The notes beneath the pieces were generated by a model, which worked only from the letters and a program-made list of their open reading frames with translations, ran no database searches and was not told the origin of the DNA. A stretch of DNA of 64,000 bases from a virus. The position numbers and the translations under genes were made by a program. The DNA lies in the IMG/VR virus record IMGVR_UViG_3300045119_000157, positions 19,579-83,578 of that record. The stretch is one strand, 5' to 3'. Positions 26,352 through 37,317 of this stretch are shown piece by piece (position 1 is the first letter of the stretch; each line of letters opens with the position of its first letter).

Positions 26352-29300
26352 TGGCGATCGAACAGGAACTCGTACTCGACGCTTCCAGCGCCGAGGACGT
26401 CATCGCTCAGATCGACTCGCAGCTTTCGCAGGTCAGCGAAACGTTCAAGGTCGGGTTGGCCGACGCGCTCAGCGTGCTCGGCCAGCCGATCGTCGCCCCC
26501 GTCACCGCTGACGTCACCGAGGCGCAGGCGCAGCTAGCGGAGATCCAGACTCCGCCGCCGGTCGACATCCCGGTCGTCACCGACCTCGCGACCGTCGCCA
26601 CGGAGATAGCGGCACTGGACGAGCAGCCGCCGATCGACCTGGCTGTCGACGCGGTCACCGCCCCGGCGGAGCAGTCCCTCACGGACCTTCACGACCAGCC
26701 GGACGTGTCGATCACCGCGGACGCGGACACGGCTACCGCCGCGGCGGACATCGCCGCGCTGAGTGATGTTCAAACGGTCGACGTGCTCGTCGATGCGGAC
26801 ACGTCATCGGCGGTCACCTCGATCGCGGAGGTCACGGCGGAGACACCGTCGACTTCGGTCACCGTCACCGCTGACACCGCCGACGCGACTGCCGCGATCG
26901 AGACGCTCGGGTCGGAGTCCGTCACCGCGATGGTCACCGCTGAAGCGGACACGTCGTCGGCGCAGGAGCAGCTATCCCTCCTGGACTCGCAGCCCGAGAT
27001 CGTCGTTCCCGCTACGGCGGACACGTCCGCGGCGGAGACAGAGATCGCAGCGTTGCAGGCGCAACCGGACGTCACTGTCCCGGTCGACGCGAACACGGAC
27101 GCGGCCGGGTCAGCCGTCGCACAGTTCACGTCGGACGTGCCGACCGCGACGATCACGGTCGACGCGAACACCGACGCCGTGTCCGGCGACGTCGCCGCCG
27201 CGATCGGGGACATCCCGCAGGCGAACATCGACATTTCTGCGACGGTCGATGACTCGCAGGCCGTGTCGACGCTCGACTCGTTGCAGTCTCCGCCGCCGGT
27301 CGTGGTGCCAGTCGAGGCGGATGACACGGCAGCGCAGGCCGCGATCGAGACGCTTCAGGCTCAACCGTCGGTCACGGTCACAGTCGAAGCCGACACGTCA
27401 GCGGCGGTCACCACTGTCAGCGACTTCCAGTCGCAGCAGCCCGTCGTCATTCCCGTCGAGGCCGACGATTCGGCGGCGCAGACCACCATCGCGGGTCTAG
27501 CGGTCCAGCCGACCGTCACCGTTCCCGTCGAAGCCGACACTGGCACCGCTGCCGCGCAGATCGCTGACGTCGCTGGGAACACACCGTCGGCGTCCATCAC
27601 GGTCGACGCGGACGTGTCCGCCGTGCCAGGCGAGATCGCTGACGCGTTCGGGAACCTCCCCGGCGCCGACGTGGTCATCACCGCCACAGCCGACACCGCC
27701 GACGCGACCGCCGAGATCAGCGCGCTCCAAGCGCAGCCGCCCATCACTGTCCCTGTCGAAGCGGACGTGTCCGGTGCCGTCTCCACCATCGACGAACTTC
27801 AGTCGCAGGCCACCATCACTGTCCCGGTCGAGGCGGACACCGCGAACGCTGCGGCGTCGCTCGACGCGTTGCAGGCGCAGCCGACGGTCACCGTCGAGAC
27901 GACGGTCGATGACGCTGCCGCCGCCGCGGTCCTCGACTCACTTCAGACGCAGCCGACTGTCATCATTTCTGTTGAAGCGGATGATACGGCCGCCGCCGCG
28001 GTGCTGGAAACGTTGCAGTCCGAGCCGCCGGTCGTGCTCTCCGTCGAAGCCGACGATGCGGCCGCGGCGGCGGTGCTGGCCGGACTCGAACAGCCGCCGA
28101 CCGTCACCGTCGAAGTCGACGCGAACATCGACGCGGCGTCGCAGGTCATCGACGGGCTACAAGCGCAGCAGCCCGTGTCGGTGGTGGTCGACGCGGACGT
28201 CACACAGGCGTCGTCCGCGATCGAGTCGCTTCAGGCGGTCACACCCGTCGATGTGCCCGTCATCGCGGACACCGGAGAAGCGTCAGCGTCGCTGGACACG
28301 CTTCAGGCGCAGCCGACGATCGTGGTCCCAGTCGACGCGGACACCGCGCAGATCACCGGAGCGATCGACGGGCTACAAGCGCAGCCTCCCGTCACGGTCC
28401 CTGTGGATGCGGACGTGTCCAGCGCGGACGCCACGATCGCCGGGTTACAGACGCAGGAAGCGGTCACGGTCCCCGTCGAAGCGGACATTGCCGGTGCCGA
28501 CGCGACGCTCGCTGACCTTGCTGCGCCGCCGCCGATCGTCGTCACCGCTGACACTTCAGCCGTCCCCGGCGAAGTCGAGGATGTCGTCGGGAACCTTCCG
28601 AGCGGCACTGTCGATGTCACCGCTGTCATCGACGACGCGGAAGCGTCCGCCGCTCTCGACGCGCTCCACACGCAGCCGCCCGTCGACCTGTCCGCCACAG
28701 TCGACGACAGCGAAGCCGTCACCGTCCTCGACGCGTTGCAGGCGCAGCCGACAGTGCAGGTGCCTGTCGAAGCGGACACGGTCGACGCGACCGCCGCGCT
28801 CGACGCCCTTCAGTCACAGCCGACCGTCTCGATCACCGCCGACGCGGATACGGCCAGCGCCGTCGCGTCGCTCCACGAACTTGACGCTCAGCCGCCCGTC
28901 ACCGTCATCGTGGACGCGGACACGTCCACCGCGGCCACGACTATCGCGGCGCTCGAAGCGCAGCCGCCGGTCATCATCCAAGTCGAAGCGGACGACGCCG
29001 CAGCCGCCGCTTCCATCGCGGCGCTCGACGTCCAGTCGCCGATCATCATCCCCGTCGAAGCGGACACCGCTGTCGCCGACAGTGAGATCCAGCAGACGCA
29101 GTCCGACGCCGGACAGCAGCTAACCATCCCGGTCGACGCGGACACGTCCACGGCTGACACCGAGATCGCAGCCGTCGCGGACACGGTGCCGTCGGCCACG
29201 ATCCCGGTCGACGCGGACGTCACCGCCGCCGAATCAGCGATCACCACGACCGCGGACACGGTGCCGTCAGCGGTCATCCCGGTCGACGCGGACACGTCCG

Positions 29301-32300
29301 CTGCGCTGTCCAGCCTGGACGAGGTCCGGTCCGTGGCGGAGCAGACGCTCACCGCTCCCGTCACGGCGGACACTTCCGAAGCCGAACAGCTAATCCTCGG
29401 GCTTGATAACCCGGACCCCATCGTGGTCCCCGTCACGGCGGACACGACCGAAGCGATCACAGAAATCCAGGCCGCGCAGGACGAAGCACAGCAGCCGGTC
29501 GACATCCCGGTCACAGCAGACACGTCCGGCGCATCATCCGGTGTCGATGCCCTGAAGGGTTCCGTGACCGGCCTCGGTGCCGCAGTCGGGATCGGTGAAG
29601 GCTCGGTCAAGGGACTCATCGGAGCGTTCGGTGACATGGGACCGGCCGCGGAGGCCACGGCGGGCGGTGTCCTCGCGGTCGGCGCGGCGACGGCCGCGTT
29701 CTTCAGCCACGGCCTCGACGCCGTGTCTGCTGGACAGCATTTCGATCTAATCCTCGGTGACCTCGCGGAGTCGGCGCAGCACGTAAACGTCCTCGGGCTG
29801 AACACCTCTCTCGACCAGTTGGGGATCACGTTCGGGTCGACCGGCTCGCAGATGGAGAACGCCACCTCGAAGCTCGTGCAGTTCGCGGTGAACAGCGGCA
29901 AGTCGAAGGATCAGGCGCTTCAGTTCGCGCAGAACATCACGGCACTGTCAGCGCGTGCGATCTCGCTGAACCCGGCACTCGGTGATCTAGCGGACGTTAC
30001 CGACAGTCTCGGTCTACGAATCGGTCGAGGCGGACGGTTCGCTCAACAGTTCGGTCTCGACCTTTCGACAGCGGAAATCCAGACCCGAGCGTTCTCGGAC
30101 ACAGGCAAGTCGTCGGCGTCGGATCTGACGTTCATGGAGAAGGCGATCGCGGCCACCGAAGTCGCGGCCGAGAAATACGGCGGCACGCTCGCCGGGACCG
30201 TCGCTGCTGGATCCCATAACGCTGCTATCGAACTCGAATCGCTGAAGGCGTCCTTCACGGAAGCGGCCGAGAAGATCGGTGAACCGCTCGTCGCTCCGGT
30301 CATCGCGCTCCTTCAGCAGAGCATCCCGATCGCGGAGGAGTTCGGGCAGACCCTCGGGTTAGTCGCTGAGGACGTGCTCCCTATCTTGCAGGCCGCGCTC
30401 GACGCGATCGGACCGCCGATCGGGCTGATCGCTGACGCACTCCAACTCGTGAACCCGGCGCTCGAAGCGTTCGCGAACGTGATCGGGAGCATCCCCGCCC
30501 CGATCATCGACGCTGGCGTCGCTATCGCCGCTCTCGTCGTCGGGTCGGACATTCTCGTCGGTGTCTTCCTCTCGATCCCCGAACTGATCGCAGGAGCGTT
30601 CGCCGCGATCGGTGGAGTGATCGACTCGGCCGTGGTCGCGATCGCTGCGGCTAACCCGGTGATCCTCGGGATCGCTGCGGCCATCGCGGTCGTCGTCTCC
30701 GCGATCAGCATCTTCGACGGGTCACTGTTCGGGGAGACGAAGTTCCACGATGACGTCACCGACGCCATCGACAGGCAGGTCACGTCCCTCAGCGATCTGA
30801 GCACCGCGACCCGAGACAGCGTCGAAGCGACCGTGGACACCGCAGCCAAGACCGGCGACTTCGCCGATCGTCTGAACGCGGCAGGCGTGTCCATCGACGA
30901 CCTCACGAACGCGCTCATCGACGGCGGCGACGCGTTCAAGACCTATGCCGACAAGATCCTGATCGCCGCGATCGCTAACGGGGCGAGCTTCGACACCGTC
31001 AAGAACCTCGCCGGTGAACTACAGCACCTAAAGCAGGAGACGGAAGACACCGCACAGTCGACCCTCGACCATGCTGTCGCGGCTAAGCAGATCACAGCTG
31101 AACAGGAAAAGCAGGAGATCGCCACGCACGGCGTCGTCGGCGCGCTCGCTGATCTTCAGCCGCAGATCGACGCGGCGACGCAAGGCCAGAAGGACCAGGC
31201 CGACGCGGCCGCGGCGAACGTGCAGCAGCAGAACAAGCTCACCGACGCATACAACGCGCTCGGCACCGCAGCCCCGGCGGTAGCCGCATCCCTCGCCGCG
31301 ATCGCGTCGAGTTCGGCGGACACGAGCAGCGCGCTCGGGTTCTTCGCGATCTCGGTGCAGCAAGCGAACCTTTCCACCGATCAGTTGCAGGCCGTGGCGG
31401 ACCACCTCGGGGTCAGCGTCGACCAGCTAAAGGCGTTCGTGAAGGGAGTGAACGACGAACTCGACAACTTCGTGAAGGGCGCCACCTCGAAGCTGCCGAC
31501 GATCCAGACAGCCATCGACGACGCGCTCGATCCGTCGAAGCGCCCGAAGCCGGTGATCGTCGACCCGAAGGCGCTGGAAGCCCAGTTCCAACAGGTGATC
31601 GATGACACCAACGCGTTCAATCTTCGGATCGCGTTCCTTCAGCAGCAGGGGTTCAACAACCTCGCGGGCGCGGCCGCTACCGCGGGACCGGAGTTCACTA
31701 AGGGTCTTGTCGATGCGATCCAGTCGGGCGGACCGGATGTCGGTGCGGCGATGGATAAGACCGTCGGCGCGGCGAATCAGGTGGTGGCGAATGAGCCGGA
31801 CAAGCTGCGGACGGCCGGGTTCCAGATCATCGACGCGACGGGTCAGATCTTCTCGACTGCGGCGGCGACGATCGGTCCGAACTTCACGGTCGCGAAGGGT
31901 GTCCAGACCGGACTCGATACGGCAGCGTCGGTCCTGTTCGGTAACACGTCCGTGTCCGGTGCGGCTCAAACGTCAGCGCAGAACACGGCGGCGGCGTACA
32001 GCGCCGGGATGACGCTCGACCAAGCCGTCCAGAACGGACTCGTTCAAGCCGGGAAAGTCTTCGGGGGACCGGACGCCATCGTCGCTGGACAGTCCGCAGA
32101 GAAGGCCGCCGAGGCGATGGCGCAGAGCTTCGGGCAAGGTCTGACGTTGGAGCAGTCCGTCGAACTGGGACTCACGACAGTCGGGACCGTGTTCGGCGGT
32201 CCGAGCGCGAACGTGGCGGGCCAGTCCGCGCAGACCGCTGCGGCGAACGTCGCGGCTAGCTGGGGTGACGGTCTGACGTTGGAGCAGGCGACGGAACTCG

Positions 32301-33802
32301 GCATCCAGAACGTGCCCGGTGTCATCAAGAAGTCGACGGACTCGTCCGTCGCCCCGGCTGCTCAGGCGGCGGGAACGCAGACGGCGGGGAGTTTCAGTAC
32401 CGGACTCGCCGGGGCGCCCGGCCAGGCGCAGCAGGTGTTCACTCAGGTCGGTACGGGCATCGTCGGGTCCGCTGAACCTCTGAGCATCCTGGCTGCGACG
32501 GCCGGAGGAATCATCGGGAAGGAGTTCTCGAAGGGTGTCGGGTCCGGCATCTCTGACGCGGACAGTGTGAACACGTCCGGCACGAACCTGATCGACGCGA
32601 TGGTCGAGATCTTCACTCCGCAGGCGACCGCGGCGGGCACGTTCATCGGGGCGGTGTTCGATAACGGCATCGGTGCTGGTATCGGTGATGCGGGCACGAT
32701 CGGCGCGCAGGGGACGACCCTGTTCGATGCGATGGCGGAGGTGTTCACGCCGGAGGCGGTAGCGGCGGGCACGACGGTCGGAGCGGCGTTCGTTGGCGGC
32801 ATGTCCCTCGGGATCGCGACGACAGGCGATATCGGTCCGCAGGGCATCGCTGTGATCGACGCGACGTCTCAGGTGCTTTCCGTCACGGCTATGGCCGACG
32901 GGCGTCTCGTCGGTTTGGCGTTCGACGCTGGCATCGGTGCGGGACTGATCGAACGGTCCGGTGCCGTGTCGGCCGTCGCTCAGGCTGAGATCGAGATCGC
33001 GGCGACGAGCGCTGGGCACACGGCAGAGGAGGGCGGCGTCCTCGTCGGGAGGATCTACTCCGAAGCGACGGCTGTGGGCATCGAGTCGCAGGGCAACTTC
33101 GTGGAACAGGCCGCGCAGGACACGATCGGCGCGGCAGCGATCGACGCCGGGAACTTCGCGGGCGCGGCGGGCATCCTCGTCGGCCGCACGTTCGATGAGG
33201 GCGTCACCGTCGGAATGGTGCAGCAGGTCGGGAACATCGCCGGGATCGCGGATGAGGTGACCGCCGCCGCGGCCGGATCCGCGGCCGGGTTCGCGTTCCA
33301 GGCGGGACGGTTCGTCGGCGGCGAGTTCGACCTCGGCCTGGCCGAGGGCATGATCCAGTTCTCGGGCGGCGTGCAGCAGGCCGCGGCGGCAGCGGTGAAC
33401 GCAGCCGAAGCAGCAGCGCGGGCGGCGGCGGGCGCTCATTCCCCGTCGCTGCTGTTCGCTGAACTCGGGAAGGACATCAGCGACGGCATCGCCGCCGGGA
33501 TCACGTCCCGCCAGTCCGCGGTGACATCCGCCGTGTCCGGTGTCGTGAAGGCCGCAGCGAACACGCCGGTCACGGCGGTCGCGTCAGTGCCGTTCACCGG
33601 GCTTCAGGCGGCGGCGGGATCCGCGGCGACAGGCGACGCGCCGGTCACGATCGGTCCCTTCACCATTGACGTGCAGGCACCGCCGGGGATGACGACACAG
33701 CAGGCAGCCGCACTCGGGCAGACCATCGGAGACTCGATCGTGGACCGGATCACACCCGCAGCGGCACGCCGGTTGACGACCGCTACACGGGTCGCGTCCT
33801 GA
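26351..33802 (+). CDS. Tape measure protein (2483 aa)
   Basis: Largest ORF, after the chaperones; Ala/Gly-rich with hydrophobic segment and HSPS..F..LG..I..G motif. Confidence 0.9.
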   Translation: MAIEQELVLDASSAEDVIAQIDSQLSQVSETFKVGLADALSVLGQPIVAPVTADVTEAQAQLAEIQTPPPVDIPVVTDLATVATEIAALDEQPPIDLAVDAVTAPAEQSLTDLHDQPDVSITADADTATAAADIAALSDVQTVDVLVDADTSSAVTSIAEVTAETPSTSVTVTADTADATAAIETLGSESVTAMVTAEADTSSAQEQLSLLDSQPEIVVPATADTSAAETEIAALQAQPDVTVPVDANTDAAGSAVAQFTSDVPTATITVDANTDAVSGDVAAAIGDIPQANIDISATVDDSQAVSTLDSLQSPPPVVVPVEADDTAAQAAIETLQAQPSVTVTVEADTSAAVTTVSDFQSQQPVVIPVEADDSAAQTTIAGLAVQPTVTVPVEADTGTAAAQIADVAGNTPSASITVDADVSAVPGEIADAFGNLPGADVVITATADTADATAEISALQAQPPITVPVEADVSGAVSTIDELQSQATITVPVEADTANAAASLDALQAQPTVTVETTVDDAAAAAVLDSLQTQPTVIISVEADDTAAAAVLETLQSEPPVVLSVEADDAAAAAVLAGLEQPPTVTVEVDANIDAASQVIDGLQAQQPVSVVVDADVTQASSAIESLQAVTPVDVPVIADTGEASASLDTLQAQPTIVVPVDADTAQITGAIDGLQAQPPVTVPVDADVSSADATIAGLQTQEAVTVPVEADIAGADATLADLAAPPPIVVTADTSAVPGEVEDVVGNLPSGTVDVTAVIDDAEASAALDALHTQPPVDLSATVDDSEAVTVLDALQAQPTVQVPVEADTVDATAALDALQSQPTVSITADADTASAVASLHELDAQPPVTVIVDADTSTAATTIAALEAQPPVIIQVEADDAAAAASIAALDVQSPIIIPVEADTAVADSEIQQTQSDAGQQLTIPVDADTSTADTEIAAVADTVPSATIPVDADVTAAESAITTTADTVPSAVIPVDADTSAALSSLDEVRSVAEQTLTAPVTADTSEAEQLILGLDNPDPIVVPVTADTTEAITEIQAAQDEAQQPVDIPVTADTSGASSGVDALKGSVTGLGAAVGIGEGSVKGLIGAFGDMGPAAEATAGGVLAVGAATAAFFSHGLDAVSAGQHFDLILGDLAESAQHVNVLGLNTSLDQLGITFGSTGSQMENATSKLVQFAVNSGKSKDQALQFAQNITALSARAISLNPALGDLADVTDSLGLRIGRGGRFAQQFGLDLSTAEIQTRAFSDTGKSSASDLTFMEKAIAATEVAAEKYGGTLAGTVAAGSHNAAIELESLKASFTEAAEKIGEPLVAPVIALLQQSIPIAEEFGQTLGLVAEDVLPILQAALDAIGPPIGLIADALQLVNPALEAFANVIGSIPAPIIDAGVAIAALVVGSDILVGVFLSIPELIAGAFAAIGGVIDSAVVAIAAANPVILGIAAAIAVVVSAISIFDGSLFGETKFHDDVTDAIDRQVTSLSDLSTATRDSVEATVDTAAKTGDFADRLNAAGVSIDDLTNALIDGGDAFKTYADKILIAAIANGASFDTVKNLAGELQHLKQETEDTAQSTLDHAVAAKQITAEQEKQEIATHGVVGALADLQPQIDAATQGQKDQADAAAANVQQQNKLTDAYNALGTAAPAVAASLAAIASSSADTSSALGFFAISVQQANLSTDQLQAVADHLGVSVDQLKAFVKGVNDELDNFVKGATSKLPTIQTAIDDALDPSKRPKPVIVDPKALEAQFQQVIDDTNAFNLRIAFLQQQGFNNLAGAAATAGPEFTKGLVDAIQSGGPDVGAAMDKTVGAANQVVANEPDKLRTAGFQIIDATGQIFSTAAATIGPNFTVAKGVQTGLDTAASVLFGNTSVSGAAQTSAQNTAAAYSAGMTLDQAVQNGLVQAGKVFGGPDAIVAGQSAEKAAEAMAQSFGQGLTLEQSVELGLTTVGTVFGGPSANVAGQSAQTAAANVAASWGDGLTLEQATELGIQNVPGVIKKSTDSSVAPAAQAAGTQTAGSFSTGLAGAPGQAQQVFTQVGTGIVGSAEPLSILAATAGGIIGKEFSKGVGSGISDADSVNTSGTNLIDAMVEIFTPQATAAGTFIGAVFDNGIGAGIGDAGTIGAQGTTLFDAMAEVFTPEAVAAGTTVGAAFVGGMSLGIATTGDIGPQGIAVIDATSQVLSVTAMADGRLVGLAFDAGIGAGLIERSGAVSAVAQAEIEIAATSAGHTAEEGGVLVGRIYSEATAVGIESQGNFVEQAAQDTIGAAAIDAGNFAGAAGILVGRTFDEGVTVGMVQQVGNIAGIADEVTAAAAGSAAGFAFQAGRFVGGEFDLGLAEGMIQFSGGVQQAAAAAVNAAEAAARAAAGAHSPSLLFAELGKDISDGIAAGITSRQSAVTSAVSGVVKAAANTPVTAVASVPFTGLQAAAGSAATGDAPVTIGPFTIDVQAPPGMTTQQAAALGQTIGDSIVDRITPAAARRLTTATRVAS
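26480..29530 (+). repeat. Degenerate ~26-aa tandem protein repeat (V.V.ADT..A.A.I..L..QP)
   Basis: About 40 units estimated by eye in the translation. Confidence 0.8.
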
Positions 33803-33803
33803 C

Positions 33804-36152
33804 ATGCCCGGCAACGTTTGGAACCCGGCTGCACCTTCGATCCTCGGGTTCGAATGGCTCGTCGACACGTACGGCACGACGGGTGTCCCGTACGCGCAGC
33901 GGATCCGGTCGACGGGAGCGGAGACGATCAACCGTCTCGACTCGCTCGCCGGTCCGACCGTGTCGGACTCGTCGCGGCTTTTCGCCGAGATCATCACGGC
34001 GGGAAACGAGGTCCCGTCCGGCAGCGTGCAGGTCGCGAAGTACGAGCCGAACAGTGACGTCCTCGTCACGAACTGGACGTCCTCGGGGCTGACGACGACG
34101 AACCTGTACACGTTCATCGACGAGGGCGTCGACACGTACAACGTGGCCGACTGGATCACCGCTCCCGGCTCCCTGGCGAACAGCTACAAGATGTCGTTCG
34201 GGTCGGCCGGGTTCTCGTCGTCGGCGCGGGTGCTGAACGTGACGTTCCGGATGCGTGCCGCGGTGCAGTCCGCGGGCGGCGGCATCGTGGAGGTGTCGTT
34301 CATGCAGCGCGCCAGCGGGACACGCTGGAAGCCGTTCGGGTGGCAGGCGTCATGCTCCGCGATCTACTCCGCGTCGCAGCTATTCGAAATCGACCTCGGG
34401 GAAGTGAACCCGGCGACCGGGCTGCCGTGGACGCCCGTCGACATTCAGGGGTTCGACAACGGCACGTCGGTCAACTGCATGGAGTTGGAGGCGGCGTCGG
34501 GGAACCCGGCGAACGTGATCGTGATCGCGTGCGAGCTTCAGGTCACCTACCAGACGGTCGAGAACCGGGTCGCGTGCGCGGTGCGGAAGAAGTCGGACAC
34601 GGTGAACAGGTTCCCGGCGTTCTGTGCGCTCCCGACGGCGGGCGCGACGTGGGCGAAGCCAGCGTCCGGTGACTTCACGGTCATGTACCGGCAGCCGCAC
34701 GACACGTTCGGTCCCGTGTCACCGCAGCAGTTCACGCTTCAATGGTTGGCGTCAGCGACGCAGGATTGTGTCGTGCCCGGTGTCGTGTCCGCGTATCCGT
34801 CCGTCGACATGTACGGGCAGATAACCGCGGTCGACTTCACCGGGGCGACGAACTCGCGCACGAACGCTGTGCTGCTGTGGAACAGCGGTCCCGCGATCTC
34901 GAACGATTCGCTCCCGTACGCGCTCGCGACTGACACGGCGCACGGCCCGTACATCGACGCGTTCACCACGATCCAGCAGACCTTCACGGGCGGGACGGGC
35001 AGCTACTCGTTCATCAAGCTGATCCTCGACCCGCAGGCCGCGACGGCGGCGCTGCTAGTGAAGATCAAACGGGTCAGCGACAACGCACAGTTCGGTTCGA
35101 CGATCACGATCCAGGCGAACGACGTGGCGCTCGACACGCCGACAGCGGGGAACTGGCGGGTGTGGACGGACACGTTCCTCACTCCGGCCACGCTCGTCGC
35201 GGGGACGCGGTATTACGTCGAGTTGTCGACGGCGGACATCAGCCCGTTCGGTACCGGGTGGCACACGGTCCTGTCCGGTGACAGCGGCCTCGCGGGCGGA
35301 CCGGCGACGTTCCAGGGGACCACCGATTTCGCGATCGTGGCGGGCGTGTCGAAGACCGATTTCGACATGCCGTTCAAGCTGATCATCCCGCCCGCCGCGC
35401 CGACTGGCCTGCTCGCCGCGATCACGCAGACCACGAACCACATCAACGCTCCCATGCAGGGCTGCGTCCCCGGCACCATCTCCGCAGCGGTCGTCGGGTG
35501 GACTGGCACTGCGCTCGGCGGCGGGTTCGGCGCATACCGGCTTCAGCGGGGCGTCGCGTCGGAGGGGATATGGGCCGACATTGCGGTCATCAACGAGGAG
35601 TCGACGCACACCTTCACCGACTACGAACTGGTCCGCACCGTCGAGCAGCAGTACCGGCTCCGTGTCGAACGGAGCGACGGTGTCACGTCCGCCTGGTCCG
35701 CTCCGTCGTCGTCAGTGGTGGCTCCGGTGACGGGCTGCGAAATGCTGTTCGTGTCGAACGTCGACCCGCTCCTCAACTGCGCGTACGACTACGAGCCAGG
35801 GTTGGAGTACACGTTCGTCGCTCCGCAGCGGGATGAGATCGTCGAGATCTACGGGTCGAACTTCGCGGTCGCGTTCATGGAACCCGAGGACGCTGGCATC
35901 ACCATCGCGGCACGGCTCGTCGTGAACTTCGGGGTCGTGCCGAACGTGCGGGACGTGTCGATCTTTGACCCGATCCGGGTCATCAGCCGTGCACCGTTGC
36001 CGTACGTGTGCGTCATGGACTACGTCGGGAACCAGTTCTTCGCTCACGTCCAGCTAATGAAGGGCGAGTGGGACGCCCCGAACGCGCACTCGTACCACGG
36101 CGATATTCAGATAACGCAGGTGTCAGGCATCCCGTCCCCCGCGGTCATCTGA
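33804..36152 (+). CDS. Minor tail protein
   Basis: Directly after TMP; beta-rich with an FN3-like PAAPTGL...YRLR segment. Confidence 0.65.
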   Translation: MPGNVWNPAAPSILGFEWLVDTYGTTGVPYAQRIRSTGAETINRLDSLAGPTVSDSSRLFAEIITAGNEVPSGSVQVAKYEPNSDVLVTNWTSSGLTTTNLYTFIDEGVDTYNVADWITAPGSLANSYKMSFGSAGFSSSARVLNVTFRMRAAVQSAGGGIVEVSFMQRASGTRWKPFGWQASCSAIYSASQLFEIDLGEVNPATGLPWTPVDIQGFDNGTSVNCMELEAASGNPANVIVIACELQVTYQTVENRVACAVRKKSDTVNRFPAFCALPTAGATWAKPASGDFTVMYRQPHDTFGPVSPQQFTLQWLASATQDCVVPGVVSAYPSVDMYGQITAVDFTGATNSRTNAVLLWNSGPAISNDSLPYALATDTAHGPYIDAFTTIQQTFTGGTGSYSFIKLILDPQAATAALLVKIKRVSDNAQFGSTITIQANDVALDTPTAGNWRVWTDTFLTPATLVAGTRYYVELSTADISPFGTGWHTVLSGDSGLAGGPATFQGTTDFAIVAGVSKTDFDMPFKLIIPPAAPTGLLAAITQTTNHINAPMQGCVPGTISAAVVGWTGTALGGGFGAYRLQRGVASEGIWADIAVINEESTHTFTDYELVRTVEQQYRLRVERSDGVTSAWSAPSSSVVAPVTGCEMLFVSNVDPLLNCAYDYEPGLEYTFVAPQRDEIVEIYGSNFAVAFMEPEDAGITIAARLVVNFGVVPNVRDVSIFDPIRVISRAPLPYVCVMDYVGNQFFAHVQLMKGEWDAPNAHSYHGDIQITQVSGIPSPAVI

Positions 36153-36153
36153 C

Positions 36154-37317
36154 GTGTCGACGTACGGTGAGCCGGGATGGACGTACGGCCAATTGCTCGT
36201 CAACTACGGCGGGCAGGCGATCATCGACATTCTCCCGATCGTCCCCGGCACGCCGTTCGGTGACGACGAACTCCTCGACTTCCTGAACGGTGTCCGCCAG
36301 CGGGTCGACACGTTCCGGTTCGACCTCGTGGACGGGCAGGGCAACGCGTACGGGCAGCTACACCCGATCCGCAGCAGCCAGGCCGTGTCGATCGACAACG
36401 ACACGACGCGTGGGATCTTCCGGACGATGACGAACTTCAACTTGACCGCATCGGAGGAGTCCGCCGTCGACACGGAACGCGACTTCGTGCGGCCGGTGAT
36501 GGTGCTTCAGAACGGGAAAGAGTTCCCGCTCGGGACGTTCCTGTTCACGGATGCGTCGCGGCCGCGAATGTCGTGGGGGTTGGAGTTGGCCGGGACGCTC
36601 GGGGATCAGGGCACGATCCTCGATCAGGAGATCGGGCGCAGCTACTCGATCCCGGTCGGGTCGCCTGTCATCGCGTCAGCGGTGCAGGTCGCGCGTGAAG
36701 TGTTGACGTGCCCGATCTTCGCTCAGGCCGTCGGGACCACGAACGCGCAGCCGATGGCGTGGAAGCTGAACGACACCCGGCTGAAGATCATCACGGACAT
36801 CTGCACGCTGTGCGGGTTCCTGCCGCCGTACTTCGACAACACCGGGAGCCTGATTCTGCGGCCGGTGCCGTACCCGCCGGTCACGTCGAACATCCCGGCG
36901 TACGAGGCGGACACCCGGATCATCAAGGACTCGATCCTTCAGTCGGAGGAGCAGCTACGCGCACCGAACAGGTACATCGCGTACGACTCGGGGACGTCAG
37001 CGACGCCGGTCGTGGCGATCTTCGACATTCCGGCGTCAGCGCCGAACTCGTACGCGAACCGTGGGTTCCGGGTCACGAAGTCGACCGGCATCCAGGGGCT
37101 TGCGACACCGGCCGCGGCGCTGGCGGCGGCAACGTCGGCGGCGTACCGGGATCCGGATCAGCACACGCAGGTCACGTTCGAGTCGACGCTCGACCCGCGG
37201 CATGACACGTTCGAGGTGGTCACGTTCCTCGGTGACCTGTACCGCGAGTTCTCGTGGTCGATGGACCTGCAAGCGGGCGGGCACATGAAGCATTCGCTGC
37301 GGAGGATCTACGGGTGA
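36154..37317 (+). CDS. Minor tail / hub protein
   Basis: PLGTF, YFD.TG.L, P.HD..EVV motifs; tail operon position. Confidence 0.65.
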   Translation: MSTYGEPGWTYGQLLVNYGGQAIIDILPIVPGTPFGDDELLDFLNGVRQRVDTFRFDLVDGQGNAYGQLHPIRSSQAVSIDNDTTRGIFRTMTNFNLTASEESAVDTERDFVRPVMVLQNGKEFPLGTFLFTDASRPRMSWGLELAGTLGDQGTILDQEIGRSYSIPVGSPVIASAVQVAREVLTCPIFAQAVGTTNAQPMAWKLNDTRLKIITDICTLCGFLPPYFDNTGSLILRPVPYPPVTSNIPAYEADTRIIKDSILQSEEQLRAPNRYIAYDSGTSATPVVAIFDIPASAPNSYANRGFRVTKSTGIQGLATPAAALAAATSAAYRDPDQHTQVTFESTLDPRHDTFEVVTFLGDLYREFSWSMDLQAGGHMKHSLRRIYG

